The notes: generated from the letters alone by a model not told the origin. A DNA stretch of 64,000 bases from Roseivirga sp. (GCA_965230105.1 CBDDKG010000005.1:188489-252488), one strand, 5' to 3'. Counted from the first letter of the stretch, positions 20,723 through 31,209 are shown. Numbers and translations: made by a program.

Positions 20723-22012
20723 ATGAACATCCTGATTTTAGGAAGTGGGGGTAGAGAGCATGCTTTCGGTTGGAAGATCGCTCAGAGCCCACAGTGTGAT
20801 AAATTATATATAGCTCCAGGAAATGCAGGTACAGCTGCGATCGGAGAAAACATCAATATCGGTGTCAATGACTTCGATGCTATAGGCTCCTTTGTAAAGG
20901 AAAATAATGTAGATCTTGTGATTGTTGGACCAGAGGATCCATTGGTGAATGGCATAAGCGATTATTTCAAAGCTGATGGAGAATTGACTAAAGTTGGGCT
21001 GGTAGGACCTTCAAAAGCTGGTGCAGAACTTGAGGGTAGTAAAGACTTCTCTAAGAAGTTTATGGATAGACACAATGTGCCAACCGCCCGATCAATGACC
21101 TTTACAAAAGAAACATTAGAGGAAGGTTTGAACTATGTCTCAAGTCACCCGACTCCAGTTGTACTAAAGGCTGATGGCCTGGCGGCCGGGAAAGGTGTAA
21201 TCATTGCCGAAACGCATGAACATGCACGCGAGACACTCAAAGAGATGCTGGTCGATGCCAAGTTTGGAGAGGCCTCCAGTCGAGTGGTGATCGAACAGTT
21301 CTTAGAGGGTATTGAACTTTCTGTTTTTGTTTTGACCGATGGTGAGAGTTACAAGATTCTTCCAGAAGCGAAGGACTATAAGCGCATTGGTGAACAAGAC
21401 AAGGGACTGAATACAGGTGGAATGGGAGCTGTTTCTCCTGTGGTTTTTGCAAAAGGTGACTTTCTGAGTAAAGTAGAAGAGCGCGTTGTAAAACCTACGG
21501 TGAACGGACTCAAAGCAGATGGCATTGACTATAAGGGCTTCATATTTATAGGCCTGATGAATGTGGCAGGGGAACCTTATGTGATTGAGTACAATGTGCG
21601 CATGGGAGACCCTGAAACTCAGGTGGTGTTGCCTCGAATCAAATCGGATCTGGTTGATTTATTACAGGCAACAGCGAAAGGCAGCCTGAGCGACACTGAT
21701 TTTGAAGTAGACCCAGAAGCTGCGACTACCGTAGTAATGGTGGCAGGGGGCTATCCGGAGGCCTATGAGAAGGGACATCAAATTATCGGAATCGAAGGAG
21801 TTTCAGGAGCAACTGTGTTTCACGCGGGTACCAAATTGACCGATAATGGGCAAGTGGTGACCAACGGGGGGCGTGTGCTTGCGATTACCGGTAGAGGTGA
21901 TTCGGTAGCAAAAGCCCTTGAAAATTCTTATAATGGCATAGCAAATATTTCTTGGCAAGACGTATATCACAGAAGAGATATTGGTCAGGATATTTTGCGA
22001 TTGATAGATTAA
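20723..22012 (+). CDS. purD: Phosphoribosylamine-glycine ligase
   Basis: GSGGREHA, KADGLAAGKGV, NTGGMGAVSP and EYNVRMGDPETQ motifs. Confidence 0.97.
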   Translation: MNILILGSGGREHAFGWKIAQSPQCDKLYIAPGNAGTAAIGENINIGVNDFDAIGSFVKENNVDLVIVGPEDPLVNGISDYFKADGELTKVGLVGPSKAGAELEGSKDFSKKFMDRHNVPTARSMTFTKETLEEGLNYVSSHPTPVVLKADGLAAGKGVIIAETHEHARETLKEMLVDAKFGEASSRVVIEQFLEGIELSVFVLTDGESYKILPEAKDYKRIGEQDKGLNTGGMGAVSPVVFAKGDFLSKVEERVVKPTVNGLKADGIDYKGFIFIGLMNVAGEPYVIEYNVRMGDPETQVVLPRIKSDLVDLLQATAKGSLSDTDFEVDPEAATTVVMVAGGYPEAYEKGHQIIGIEGVSGATVFHAGTKLTDNGQVVTNGGRVLAITGRGDSVAKALENSYNGIANISWQDVYHRRDIGQDILRLID

Positions 22013-22047
22013 TAGACTCAAAGCCCTAATGGGCATTATAGATACCT

Positions 22048-23322
22048 ATGAGCTGTAGCTGTGGCGTAAGCGTTGAAGGAAAGACAGCAGGTTGTAACAA
22101 TAATGGTGGTTGTTCTACCGGTGGTTGCAACAAACTCAATGTATTTGATTGGCTTTCGAATATGGACATCCCTGTCCAGGAGAAATTCGATGTAGTAGAA
22201 GTTCGTTTCAAAAATGGACGAAAGGATTTTTATCGCAACGTTTCAAATCTGGATTTAGTCACAGGAGAAGCCATTGTAGTAGATGTACAAGGTGGACACC
22301 ATATTGGGTATGTATCGATGCAAGGAGAACTTGTGCGTCTCCAAATGAAGAAAAAGAGCATTGCAGATAATGATGATATCCGCAAGATCTATAGAAAGGC
22401 CACTCTCAATGACCTTGAAAAATTCGAGGAGGTAAGGAAGCGTGAGAATCCAGCTCTTTATCGAACGAGAAACATCATCTTAGAACAAAAACTCGCCATG
22501 AAACTCACAGATATAGAGTTTCAGGCAGACAATACCAAAGCTACTTTTTACTATTCAGCTGACGAACGTGTCGACTTTCGTGAACTGATCAAGGTGTTGG
22601 CGGGAGAATTTAGAATCCGAGTTGAAATGCGTCAAATCAGTCTGCGTCAAGAGGCGAGCAGGTTAGGAGGGATTGGCTCATGTGGAAGAGAGCTTTGCTG
22701 CTCTACCTGGCTAACAGACTTCAAGAGTGTTTCAACCTCTGCAGCGCGCTATCAAAACCTAAGTCTTAACCCAAGCAAACTGTCAGGTCAATGTGGTCGA
22801 CTAAAGTGTTGTCTTAATTATGAGTTGGAGACTTATATGGATGCCCTACAAGACATCCCTGAAGTCAAGTTTCTGAAGACCAAGAATGGAGATGCACGTC
22901 TTCAGAAGACAGATATTTTTAGAAAATTGATGTGGTTCAGTTTTGATAAGGACAATAACTGGCATCCGATTTCCACAGAACGTGTGAAGGAAATCATGGA
23001 GATGAACAAAGCTGGAGAGCTTCCTGAAAGCTTGACTTTAGATATTATTGAGGTCGCGATTGCTGATAATCGGATTAACAGAGATCTTGAACAAATGGAC
23101 GAAAAGTTCAGAAAGAAGAATGCTGGAGGCAAGAAAAGAAGAAACAACAAGAATAGAAACCGTAAAAAGAAGCCAACTAACCCACAGGCAAAGACAGACC
23201 AACAACCTCAAGCAAAGTCATCGAATCAACAAAAGCCGCAAGAAGGAGGTCCTAATAAGGGACAAGGGAATAGAAAAAAGAAAAGACGTTTTAGAAATAA
23301 AAAGTCAAGCAACAATGAATAA
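22048..23322 (+). CDS. ricT: PSP1/RicT (YaaT) family Fe-S protein with a long basic tail
   Basis: N-terminal Cys cluster; EVRFKNGRK; GGIGSCGRELCC and KLSGQCGRLKCCLNYE motifs. Confidence 0.87.
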   Translation: MSCSCGVSVEGKTAGCNNNGGCSTGGCNKLNVFDWLSNMDIPVQEKFDVVEVRFKNGRKDFYRNVSNLDLVTGEAIVVDVQGGHHIGYVSMQGELVRLQMKKKSIADNDDIRKIYRKATLNDLEKFEEVRKRENPALYRTRNIILEQKLAMKLTDIEFQADNTKATFYYSADERVDFRELIKVLAGEFRIRVEMRQISLRQEASRLGGIGSCGRELCCSTWLTDFKSVSTSAARYQNLSLNPSKLSGQCGRLKCCLNYELETYMDALQDIPEVKFLKTKNGDARLQKTDIFRKLMWFSFDKDNNWHPISTERVKEIMEMNKAGELPESLTLDIIEVAIADNRINRDLEQMDEKFRKKNAGGKKRRNNKNRNRKKKPTNPQAKTDQQPQAKSSNQQKPQEGGPNKGQGNRKKKRRFRNKKSSNNE

Positions 23323-23788
23323 GTACGCCTTATCCTTAATTGGGCTTTTTGCCTTAATGATTGTTAGCTGTGACAGTGGAAGGGTCTATGAATCTGACTA
23401 TGATTTTGAAGGTCAGAAATGGCATATGGATACGATTCCAAGTTTCGAGTTTCAAATTGAAGAACTATCAGGTAACGACATTCTCCTGAAGATTAGAAAT
23501 AGTCTGGATTTCCCATTCAGAAACTGCTATATGACCTATTATTTAGAGGACAGCGCAGGTAACGTATTAGCTTCAGACCTTGTTAACTTCCAGTTGTTCG
23601 ATGAAACTACCGGAAAGCCTTTTGGAAAAGGGAATAGTGTTTTCCAGCATAGTGAGGCCATTCTGTCTGGGTACAGTTTTCCCAGCACTGGGCGCTATAA
23701 CCTGAGAATTGCGCAGTATATGCGAAAGACCGATTTAGAAGGGACTTACTCTGTCGGTGTAAGAATTGAAGAATCAAATCAGGATTGA
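23315..23788 (+). CDS. gldH: Gliding motility lipoprotein GldH
   Basis: Lipobox IVSC; IRNSLDFPFRN, GKPFGKG, IAQYMR and L.G...VG.RIE motifs; directly after PSP1. True start is ATG 23315. Confidence 0.85.
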   Translation: MNKYALSLIGLFALMIVSCDSGRVYESDYDFEGQKWHMDTIPSFEFQIEELSGNDILLKIRNSLDFPFRNCYMTYYLEDSAGNVLASDLVNFQLFDETTGKPFGKGNSVFQHSEAILSGYSFPSTGRYNLRIAQYMRKTDLEGTYSVGVRIEESNQD

Positions 23789-26700
23789 TTACTCACCTGA
23801 TCAACAAACCTCTTGAGCTTTTCTCTGGTCTTATCCTTGTGCATCCAATATTCACGAGACAGGATCATATCAACAGGCCAGTTTTTTGACTTTATATGCG
23901 CAGGTCGATAGGCAAAAACCTCCTTGGATGAGAGGCTATTATAAAAATAATCGTCATCCGTAAATAGTAACCCAAGGTACTCGTTTTCTCTCTTAATGGA
24001 GAGATCAGCATAAACGTCTTCATATTCGAATGACACTGGGAGATCATTTTCCCATGCTTGCAGCTTTCTCTTCAAATACCAGTCTAGTCCAAATTCCGTT
24101 GAAGGCAGTTTTGAAGGTTTGAAATGATTGTTAGAAACCTCATGGGCGTATTCTAAGTATGCTCTTAATAACTTTGGTCCTTCATTCTTCACATGGTCGA
24201 CTTTGAGCGCTGACGGCAATATTGAGGTGACTATGATTACTCTTTCTTTGGCTCGGGTTATCGCTACGTTTAAACGATTTTCACCACCTGCCTGATTCAG
24301 ACTACCGAACTGAATCGAAAGTTTGCCAGCGGCATTGGGTGCATAGGCAGTTGAAAAGATGATAATATCCCTTTCGTCTCCCTGAACGTTCTCAATGTTC
24401 TTAACGAACAAGTCATTGAGATGGCTTAAACCAGTTTCTTCCAACCGATCGAGAATGAGTGCCTGTTGAGGTGCATTGAACGTGACAATGCCCATGGACT
24501 TGTCGTTCTCTTCTTCTTGAAACGATTTTACCAAGGCTACAATTCGATCGGCTTCAACCGAATTGGTTTGTTTTTCCCACTGACCATCTACTTTGATGTA
24601 TTCTATAGCCGGCTCGGTGTCATTGACACTTTTAAAGTCTGGTAATACGCTGAGCTTTCCTTTGTAAAAGTGTTGATTAGAAAAGTCTATCAAGGCCATC
24701 GACCGACTTCTATAGTGACCTTTAAGGTCAACTTGCATGAGATGGTTATTGGCTAATTCCAATAGCGAATCGACTTCCAACGCCATTTCTTCCTGTTCAT
24801 CTTCCCACCTTACCCTGTAAAGGTCATTGGGCCGGAGCTGTTGGCTATCCCCAGCGATGACGACCTGCTTGCCTCTGTAAATAGCGGGAAGACCCTTTTC
24901 GGTAAAACACTGGCTTGCCTCATCAAAAATGACCAGGTCAAAGAAGGACTCCATTGGAAAGATGGCTGAGACAGCCTCAGGAGAAGCCAGCCAGCATGGT
25001 ACCAGGTTGAAAAGCTCATGCTCAAAGTTGGAAATTAGCCTTCTCAGAGGCCAAATCTTTCTTTTCTTGGTAACCTGATGCTTTAAGTCTCTATAAGTAA
25101 CCTGGTTGTTCAGTCTGTTGAATTCCAAACCTTCATAGGTTCTTTCCTTGGTGCGTTGTAACAATATAGAAGCACTGGCTTCAGCTTTGTCAGCAACTGA
25201 CTGTTGCAGCTCATCCACCATAGTCTGGAACTTTAGTGTTGAAGCATCTGCCAGAACAGGATATTTATTTTCGATGTGATTGATCCAGGCCAGCCGAATG
25301 CTATTGTCGAATAGCTGGAGGGCCTCTTCTTTACTCTGAATGTCATGCTCGATAATCTTATCCGTTGCAGCCCTCTCTGCCTCAGTAAATGATGCTCTGA
25401 TTTTATCCAAGGCAATCAACACGTCAAAGTCTTTTCTTACACTTTTCCTTAATGCATCAGCATATTTAGGATCAGCCAGCATGATATCAATCTGCCTTGG
25501 AAGTATATATTTGTTCCAATTGGCCCTTTTGTCTGGAAGATTCTTAAGGATTTCACCGATTGCTTTGAGCTTGCCACCAAATATCTTCGATGAGGAATTC
25601 TTTAGTGGGAAGAACTCTTTGAAATTAGCAAAGGAGTCGAATAATGTCTTTGCGTTGATCGCTTTCTCCATCTGATCCAACCAATCATTAATAACCTCCT
25701 GATCTGTAGACTGTGGTACATCTTCTATCCACCCAACGCCTTTGAGTTTAGTTAGCTGGTGTTGAAGGTTTAGTCGATTGTCAATGCGTGCTGTCAATAC
25801 TCTGAGCGCAGCTTTATCATCTCTGAGATCGTTGGCTACCAATATTCGGGCAAGCCTCAGTTTCTCCTTTGAAAACCTCCATTTCAAAGACTTCCAAAAA
25901 GTGTTTTTGGCATCGCTGCGTTGCTTCAAGATGCCTTGGACCTCACCAATTTCGTTGGCGGGAATGCTTTGTTCTACACCATGATCGGCAAAGCAAGTAT
26001 TAATAAGTTTCCGAGTGTTTTGAAGCCACAGTAAACCTGCACTTTCACTACCAAAAACTACCATAGGCCGGAATAACTTAAAGGTATCTTCCGTTTTGAG
26101 CAAGGCCTGAATTTCTTCGAGACGATTCAGGTTCTCGCTAATAGTGCGGCAATCATCATAGTCCACCTTTTCACCGATGACGTCACCCACCTCTTGCTGT
26201 AATTGTGTAGCTACTTCAAGGATCTCATCAATATAATTAAGAGTGGCTTGCAAATCAGAAGGCCCGAAGGCAGCAAAACTCACACGGTCTGACCATGGGT
26301 GCTCTTCGACATTCAAGTCTTTGGCATAGTCAAAATAAAGACAAAGGTCTTTCTTGAATGCTTTCAATTTATTGAAATGAAAGTCGCTGTATTCCTGAAC
26401 GAGCGGAATGGATGCTAAGTCAGGGCTTGAGGTGAGATAGAGTTCCTTAATGGAGAGTCCGCATTCGCTCGTATCGAATAGTGCCTTTTTGTACTCGTCA
26501 AGTGACTCCGTAGCATCCTCAATACTTAGACTGGCCTGTTTAAAGGCGCGATCTAACTGCAGTGCATCGAGGCTGGTATTGCTTCTTTTATAACCCTGAA
26601 GCTGCTCGATTTGATTGGCTAACTGATCATAGATTGCCTTTCGATCGGCCTTGAAATCATGAACTAATGTGGCGAAGTCTTCGGCTTTGATGGATTTTAG

Positions 26701-27786
26701 ACGTTCGTAGACGACATCCAGCGCAGCTCGCTTTTGGCTAACCACCAATACCTTTTTTCCCCTGGCGATAAAATCTGAAATGAGGTTACAGATCAATTGC
26801 GATTTGCCCGTTCCTGGTGGGCCCTGAACGACAATAGAGTTTCCTTTTTTTACTGCATTCAAAGCATTTTCCTGATAGGCATCCAGGGCAAAAGGGGAGA
26901 AAGTCTCGTATTCATTGACATTCCTCAGGAAGTGTCTGGTGGGATCAAAGTCTTCAGAAGTAGGCTCTGGCTCATTCAGGCTTTTGTTTTCAAAGAATTG
27001 ATCAAGGTCATCCGCTTCGATCTGGTCGAGCATAAAGTCATAGTCAGGGACCAGGTAAGAGTCGGCCTGAGGAAAAATACCGAGCACTGCCTGCATTTTA
27101 ATACTCACTTCGCCTTCTTGTGATGTGAGGTCAAGGCTCTCCTTATTTTTTTGGGCGAATGACTCGAGCTGGCTTCCGTAAAACTCTCTGCTGAACCGGA
27201 GGTCAATAGCACTTTCTCTTAACTGCTCATAGAGCATGTTCTTAAAAGCGGTGCTCTCTTTGTCATAACCATCGAAGGTAAATTCAACCAGCTCATCGGC
27301 TAAGTCAATCTGATTATAATGCGCAAAGGCTAGCAGGAGACTTTTATTGAAGCTTATGTTTACGTCCTTCTTGGGGCATAAAATCCAATCTCTACTAGTT
27401 TGATCCAACTCTACTGGGAAAAAGCATAATGGTGCTCTGAGACTGGTTCCGTCATTAAACTTTCCTTCTACGAAGGGCCAACCTACATAAAGGTCTCTAG
27501 CGCCACTTTCTTGAAAAATAAACTGCTCTCTACGTTGGAGCTTTTTTAATCGGGTCGAAAGTTTATTCGATTGCTCATCTCGTGCATCTGAAATGGGAAT
27601 AAGTTTGACCTTTGACTTACGAGAAATGATTTGATCGACAAGGTTCCAGGATGGTTCTCCATTGACATGATCGAGGTCGTGAAGGTCCAAAAACTGTTCA
27701 GCATTTAGCCTAAGGAGTAGCAAGGAACGGTTGTTGCCCGATAGGTTGGTCAACCGCCTTTGATACGTCTTCAGAATCTGCTGCAC
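23779..27786 (-). CDS. DUF4011 + SF1B (UPF1/Dna2-like) helicase + degenerate C-terminal REase-like domain
   Basis: N-terminal ..L.NLSGNNRSL; Walker A GPPGTGKS, Walker B DEASQ, GDSQQL, HYRS, ENVQGDERD and RLNVAITRAK; GTG start. Confidence 0.85.
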   Translation of the reverse strand: MQQILKTYQRRLTNLSGNNRSLLLLRLNAEQFLDLHDLDHVNGEPSWNLVDQIISRKSKVKLIPISDARDEQSNKLSTRLKKLQRREQFIFQESGARDLYVGWPFVEGKFNDGTSLRAPLCFFPVELDQTSRDWILCPKKDVNISFNKSLLLAFAHYNQIDLADELVEFTFDGYDKESTAFKNMLYEQLRESAIDLRFSREFYGSQLESFAQKNKESLDLTSQEGEVSIKMQAVLGIFPQADSYLVPDYDFMLDQIEADDLDQFFENKSLNEPEPTSEDFDPTRHFLRNVNEYETFSPFALDAYQENALNAVKKGNSIVVQGPPGTGKSQLICNLISDFIARGKKVLVVSQKRAALDVVYERLKSIKAEDFATLVHDFKADRKAIYDQLANQIEQLQGYKRSNTSLDALQLDRAFKQASLSIEDATESLDEYKKALFDTSECGLSIKELYLTSSPDLASIPLVQEYSDFHFNKLKAFKKDLCLYFDYAKDLNVEEHPWSDRVSFAAFGPSDLQATLNYIDEILEVATQLQQEVGDVIGEKVDYDDCRTISENLNRLEEIQALLKTEDTFKLFRPMVVFGSESAGLLWLQNTRKLINTCFADHGVEQSIPANEIGEVQGILKQRSDAKNTFWKSLKWRFSKEKLRLARILVANDLRDDKAALRVLTARIDNRLNLQHQLTKLKGVGWIEDVPQSTDQEVINDWLDQMEKAINAKTLFDSFANFKEFFPLKNSSSKIFGGKLKAIGEILKNLPDKRANWNKYILPRQIDIMLADPKYADALRKSVRKDFDVLIALDKIRASFTEAERAATDKIIEHDIQSKEEALQLFDNSIRLAWINHIENKYPVLADASTLKFQTMVDELQQSVADKAEASASILLQRTKERTYEGLEFNRLNNQVTYRDLKHQVTKKRKIWPLRRLISNFEHELFNLVPCWLASPEAVSAIFPMESFFDLVIFDEASQCFTEKGLPAIYRGKQVVIAGDSQQLRPNDLYRVRWEDEQEEMALEVDSLLELANNHLMQVDLKGHYRSRSMALIDFSNQHFYKGKLSVLPDFKSVNDTEPAIEYIKVDGQWEKQTNSVEADRIVALVKSFQEEENDKSMGIVTFNAPQQALILDRLEETGLSHLNDLFVKNIENVQGDERDIIIFSTAYAPNAAGKLSIQFGSLNQAGGENRLNVAITRAKERVIIVTSILPSALKVDHVKNEGPKLLRAYLEYAHEVSNNHFKPSKLPSTEFGLDWYLKRKLQAWENDLPVSFEYEDVYADLSIKRENEYLGLLFTDDDYFYNSLSSKEVFAYRPAHIKSKNWPVDMILSREYWMHKDKTREKLKRFVDQVSNQS

Positions 27787-27908
27787 GGGTTGGTGGTTAG
27801 TTAATGGTTATTAGTCAATAGTGAATTTAATGAATCATTATTACCATTCCATGTATAGCCCGTTTCCCGAAGTTAAGCACTACACACTTTGTTCTATGCT
27901 TTTTCTTT

Positions 27909-28481
27909 TTATTTCATTATGCCTGCTAAGTCAATAAATTCTCCAACGTAGTATGAAGGTAATTGCTTTTGAATTCCCATTCTGTAAATCCCAATTCCAT
28001 ATGTCTGATTAAGATTTACAGAATTTTGAATTCTTTTTGCCGATTCCAATAATTCAGATACAGTAAACTCTTTATTATTCTGAGCGGTTATTAACTCTCC
28101 CTTTTTCAACCCTCCTTTTGGTCCAATTGGATAGAGCCAAACCTTTTCAGACTTAATTGACTTCATGTCAGATTCTTCTAAATTGAAATCAGAATCTGAC
28201 CATGAAGCATTTTCGATTCTACACGTCCTAATCGTTAAATCTGGTCGAAAAATATCGTGTTCTTCTTTAGTCAACTCTTTGAAGTCAATTAAACTAGCTT
28301 TCTCCGAAAAAACATTTCTTGAAGCTCGATAAAATGAGCATTTCTGTTTCAAGTTGGAAGCAAAAGTCCAAGACTTATCATGCTCCCAATATCCATCATA
28401 GAGCACCTCAAATTCATCAAATCCAATTACTCTCATGATTGAACCGTCCCAGCTTGCTTTATATATTTCTCCAAGTTTCAT
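27909..28481 (-). CDS. Orphan hypothetical protein (visibly AT-rich)
   Basis: 190-aa ORF with an ATG and no competing ORF; no motif recognised. Confidence 0.6.
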   Translation of the reverse strand: MKLGEIYKASWDGSIMRVIGFDEFEVLYDGYWEHDKSWTFASNLKQKCSFYRASRNVFSEKASLIDFKELTKEEHDIFRPDLTIRTCRIENASWSDSDFNLEESDMKSIKSEKVWLYPIGPKGGLKKGELITAQNNKEFTVSELLESAKRIQNSVNLNQTYGIGIYRMGIQKQLPSYYVGEFIDLAGIMK

Positions 28482-28503
28482 CTTAAGTGCCTAGAGCAAT
28501 TAA

Positions 28504-29313
28504 CTATTTGCCAAAAGGAGAATCTGGTTCTTTGGCAAAAACATTGAAGACGATTTTGTCCATTCTGCCTGGCATCCACTTGTTTAAGAAGACTGCTAAC
28601 TTGCCTTGTGAAGTAAAGACAATATCACGTTTACGTTTTCTAATCGCTTTGATAATACCCTGAGCCACGGCTTCGGCTGTCATCATCTTACCTTCATCAC
28701 GAGGTGAGTCTCCTTGAGAGGTGCCGTCCGCTGTCAATGCCGCATTCCGGATATTGGTGCCTGTAAATCCAGGACAAGCCACCAAGACATGAACGCCACG
28801 ATGCATCACCTCAGTACGGAGTGATTCAAAGAAGCCATTCATCGCATATTTTGATGCTGTGTAGGCGGTTCTTGCCGGTGTGCCGCGATAGCCATTGATG
28901 GAAGAAATCCCCACTATACTGCCCTTAGTTTTGAGGATATGAGGCAGGCAATATTTAGTGGCGTATAGGGTGCCATTAAAATTGATGTCCATCACCTTTC
29001 GGAAAACATCGAGATCAATTTCTTCCAATAGGGCTCTCATCGAAATGCCTGCATTGTTGATGAGGATATCAATCTTCCCAAAGGCCTCGATGGTTTGGTT
29101 GACAAGGCTTTCATTATCGCTCTCCTTGGCTACATCAAGTTTTAAGCATAGATTCGGTGCATTCAAGCTGTCAAGGGCCTGGCCCACTTCCCTCAGCCTT
29201 TCTTCATTTCTTCCAGTGATGACCACTTTCGCTCCTAGTTTTCCAAACTCCAGAGCCAGGGCTTTGCCTATACCGGAGGAGGCTCCCGTGATGATGATGA
29301 CTTTATCCTTCAT
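28504..29313 (-). CDS. SDR family oxidoreductase
   Basis: ITGASSGIG, NNAG and YTASK motifs. Confidence 0.93.
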   Translation of the reverse strand: MKDKVIIITGASSGIGKALALEFGKLGAKVVITGRNEERLREVGQALDSLNAPNLCLKLDVAKESDNESLVNQTIEAFGKIDILINNAGISMRALLEEIDLDVFRKVMDINFNGTLYATKYCLPHILKTKGSIVGISSINGYRGTPARTAYTASKYAMNGFFESLRTEVMHRGVHVLVACPGFTGTNIRNAALTADGTSQGDSPRDEGKMMTAEAVAQGIIKAIRKRKRDIVFTSQGKLAVFLNKWMPGRMDKIVFNVFAKEPDSPFGK

Positions 29314-29379
29314 TGGGACAAATTAAGTGAGAATTTTATTGACAACCACATGTAGGAAGCCCAACTCGAAACTATCCAT

Positions 29380-29387
29380 TATCTTTG
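29380..29387 (+). promoter_or_regulatory. Bacteroidota sigma70 -7 element of thiL
   Basis: TATCTTTG matches TAnnTTTG, 22 nt before the ATG. Confidence 0.6.
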
Positions 29388-29409
29388 CCCTCCAAAATCA
29401 GGAATAGGC

Positions 29410-30447
29410 ATGTCTGAAAAAAGAACAGAGTTATCGGAGTTAGGGGAGTTTGGTCTTATTGACCGTTTGGCAGAAGGCTTGACAACCAAGCAATCCAGTA
29501 CCGTAATGGGTATTGGAGACGATGCCGCAGTAATCGATGAGGGTGATGAGTATGGTTTGATTTCTACTGATATGTTGGTTGAGGGAGTGCATTTTGACCT
29601 TTCCTATGCACCGCTTCAGCATCTTGGCTATAAGTCTATAGCGGTGAATGTATCAGACATTGCCGCTATGAATGGCATTCCTCAGCAGGTAGTTGTTTCT
29701 CTGGCCCTAAGTAACCGCTTTTCAGTCGAAGCCATCGAAGCCATTTATGCTGGCATAAAGGCTGCCGCAGAAGATTTTAATGTAGACGTTGTAGGAGGTG
29801 ACACAACCGCTTCTACAAGCGGATTGGTAATTTCTGTTTCTGTTTTTGGCAAGACGTCCAAGGATTTGATTACCTATAGAAAAGGCGCTAATAATAATGA
29901 CATCCTTTGTGCAACAGGCGATTTGGGAGGAGCCTATATCGGCTTGCAGGTTTTGGAAAGAGAAAAGCAGACTTTTTTGGCTAACCCGAATATGCAGCCA
30001 CAGCTCGACAAGTATCAGTATGTGGTACAACGCCAACTGAAGCCCAAGGCCCGTATGGACGCTATCCATGAGTTAAGAGAAATTGGAGTGGTTCCGACTT
30101 CTATGATTGATATTTCTGATGGACTGGCTTCGGAAACTTTACACCTTTCTAAGCATTCAGGAGTAGGCTTTGTGATTTATGAAGATCAATTGCCGATCGA
30201 TAATCAGACCTACGAAACGGCTGTAGAATTCAATCTTGATCCTATGACTTCAGCATTAAATGGAGGCGAGGATTATGAGCTCCTTTTCACCATAAAGCAG
30301 TCTGATCATGCCAAATTGGATAAGCATGCTGATATCCATTTCATTGGCCATGCACAGGATTTATCTAAAGGAAATATCATTATGACCAAGAAGGGTAATC
30401 AGGTGCCTTTATCCGCCCAAGGATGGAATCACTTAAGCGAAAAATAG
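29410..30447 (+). CDS. thiL: Thiamine-monophosphate kinase
   Basis: GEFGLI, GIGDDAA, STDMLVEGVHF, NVSDIAAM, DISDGL and GGEDYELLFT motifs. Confidence 0.96.
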   Translation: MSEKRTELSELGEFGLIDRLAEGLTTKQSSTVMGIGDDAAVIDEGDEYGLISTDMLVEGVHFDLSYAPLQHLGYKSIAVNVSDIAAMNGIPQQVVVSLALSNRFSVEAIEAIYAGIKAAAEDFNVDVVGGDTTASTSGLVISVSVFGKTSKDLITYRKGANNNDILCATGDLGGAYIGLQVLEREKQTFLANPNMQPQLDKYQYVVQRQLKPKARMDAIHELREIGVVPTSMIDISDGLASETLHLSKHSGVGFVIYEDQLPIDNQTYETAVEFNLDPMTSALNGGEDYELLFTIKQSDHAKLDKHADIHFIGHAQDLSKGNIIMTKKGNQVPLSAQGWNHLSEK

Positions 30448-31209
30448 GCTTAGGATCAGAATCACGCATAGAAAGCCTGAAATGATGGCTGCGTTAAATT
30501 GACGTTCTGCGGTGAGTAGTTTGGAAAGGCCTAATATAGCCGCTATTATGGCCAAAATACTAATGAGCGTTACGTATGACCGATCACTAAAGTATAGGAA
30601 GTCTGTTTTTTGACCGCCTTTAAAACCCCTAATCTTAGCAAATAGAAGACTTCTTTTGTATTCAATAATGTCTCCTGCTTTGAGGTCATAATTCCCGTCA
30701 GGACTTTTAAAAATTATCCCTTCTGCACTCACATAGTTAAGTTCAGTGATGTAGGATCCATTATTGAATGTCCTGGTCTGGTTGACCCTGACAATCTCAG
30801 TTCTTTGAATCGGCTTGTAGAAAGTCATATCTACTAAAAAGAGGAATGCCAGCACCAGAAATACCAGATTGAATGTTTTGGAATGCTTGGCGTTGGCCTC
30901 ATAATCGGTAGGTGGATATACATTCTTAGGTTCGAACCTGAAGAAGGAGTCGAATTCTCGGCCCATGCTACTCTCTGTATTTGAGACTTGGTTCCGATAT
31001 TCCAAGAGGGCCTGATCATACTCCTCTCGGGATTCGCTATTGGAGAGTACACTATATGCTTCATTAATGTCTTGAATGGACATGAGGCCATTCTTTTTGG
31101 GGCTTACATCTGGATGCGCACTTTTTGCCTTTTCACGATATGCCTTTTTGATTTGCTTCGTGCTTGCATTTTCTTTGACTCCCAGGATATGGTAATAATC
31201 TTTAGGCAT
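30433..31209 (-). CDS. J-domain (DnaJ-like) membrane protein
   Basis: DYYHILGV, IKKAYR and HPD motifs; C-terminal TM helices. Confidence 0.82.
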   Translation of the reverse strand: MPKDYYHILGVKENASTKQIKKAYREKAKSAHPDVSPKKNGLMSIQDINEAYSVLSNSESREEYDQALLEYRNQVSNTESSMGREFDSFFRFEPKNVYPPTDYEANAKHSKTFNLVFLVLAFLFLVDMTFYKPIQRTEIVRVNQTRTFNNGSYITELNYVSAEGIIFKSPDGNYDLKAGDIIEYKRSLLFAKIRGFKGGQKTDFLYFSDRSYVTLISILAIIAAILGLSKLLTAERQFNAAIISGFLCVILILSLFFA

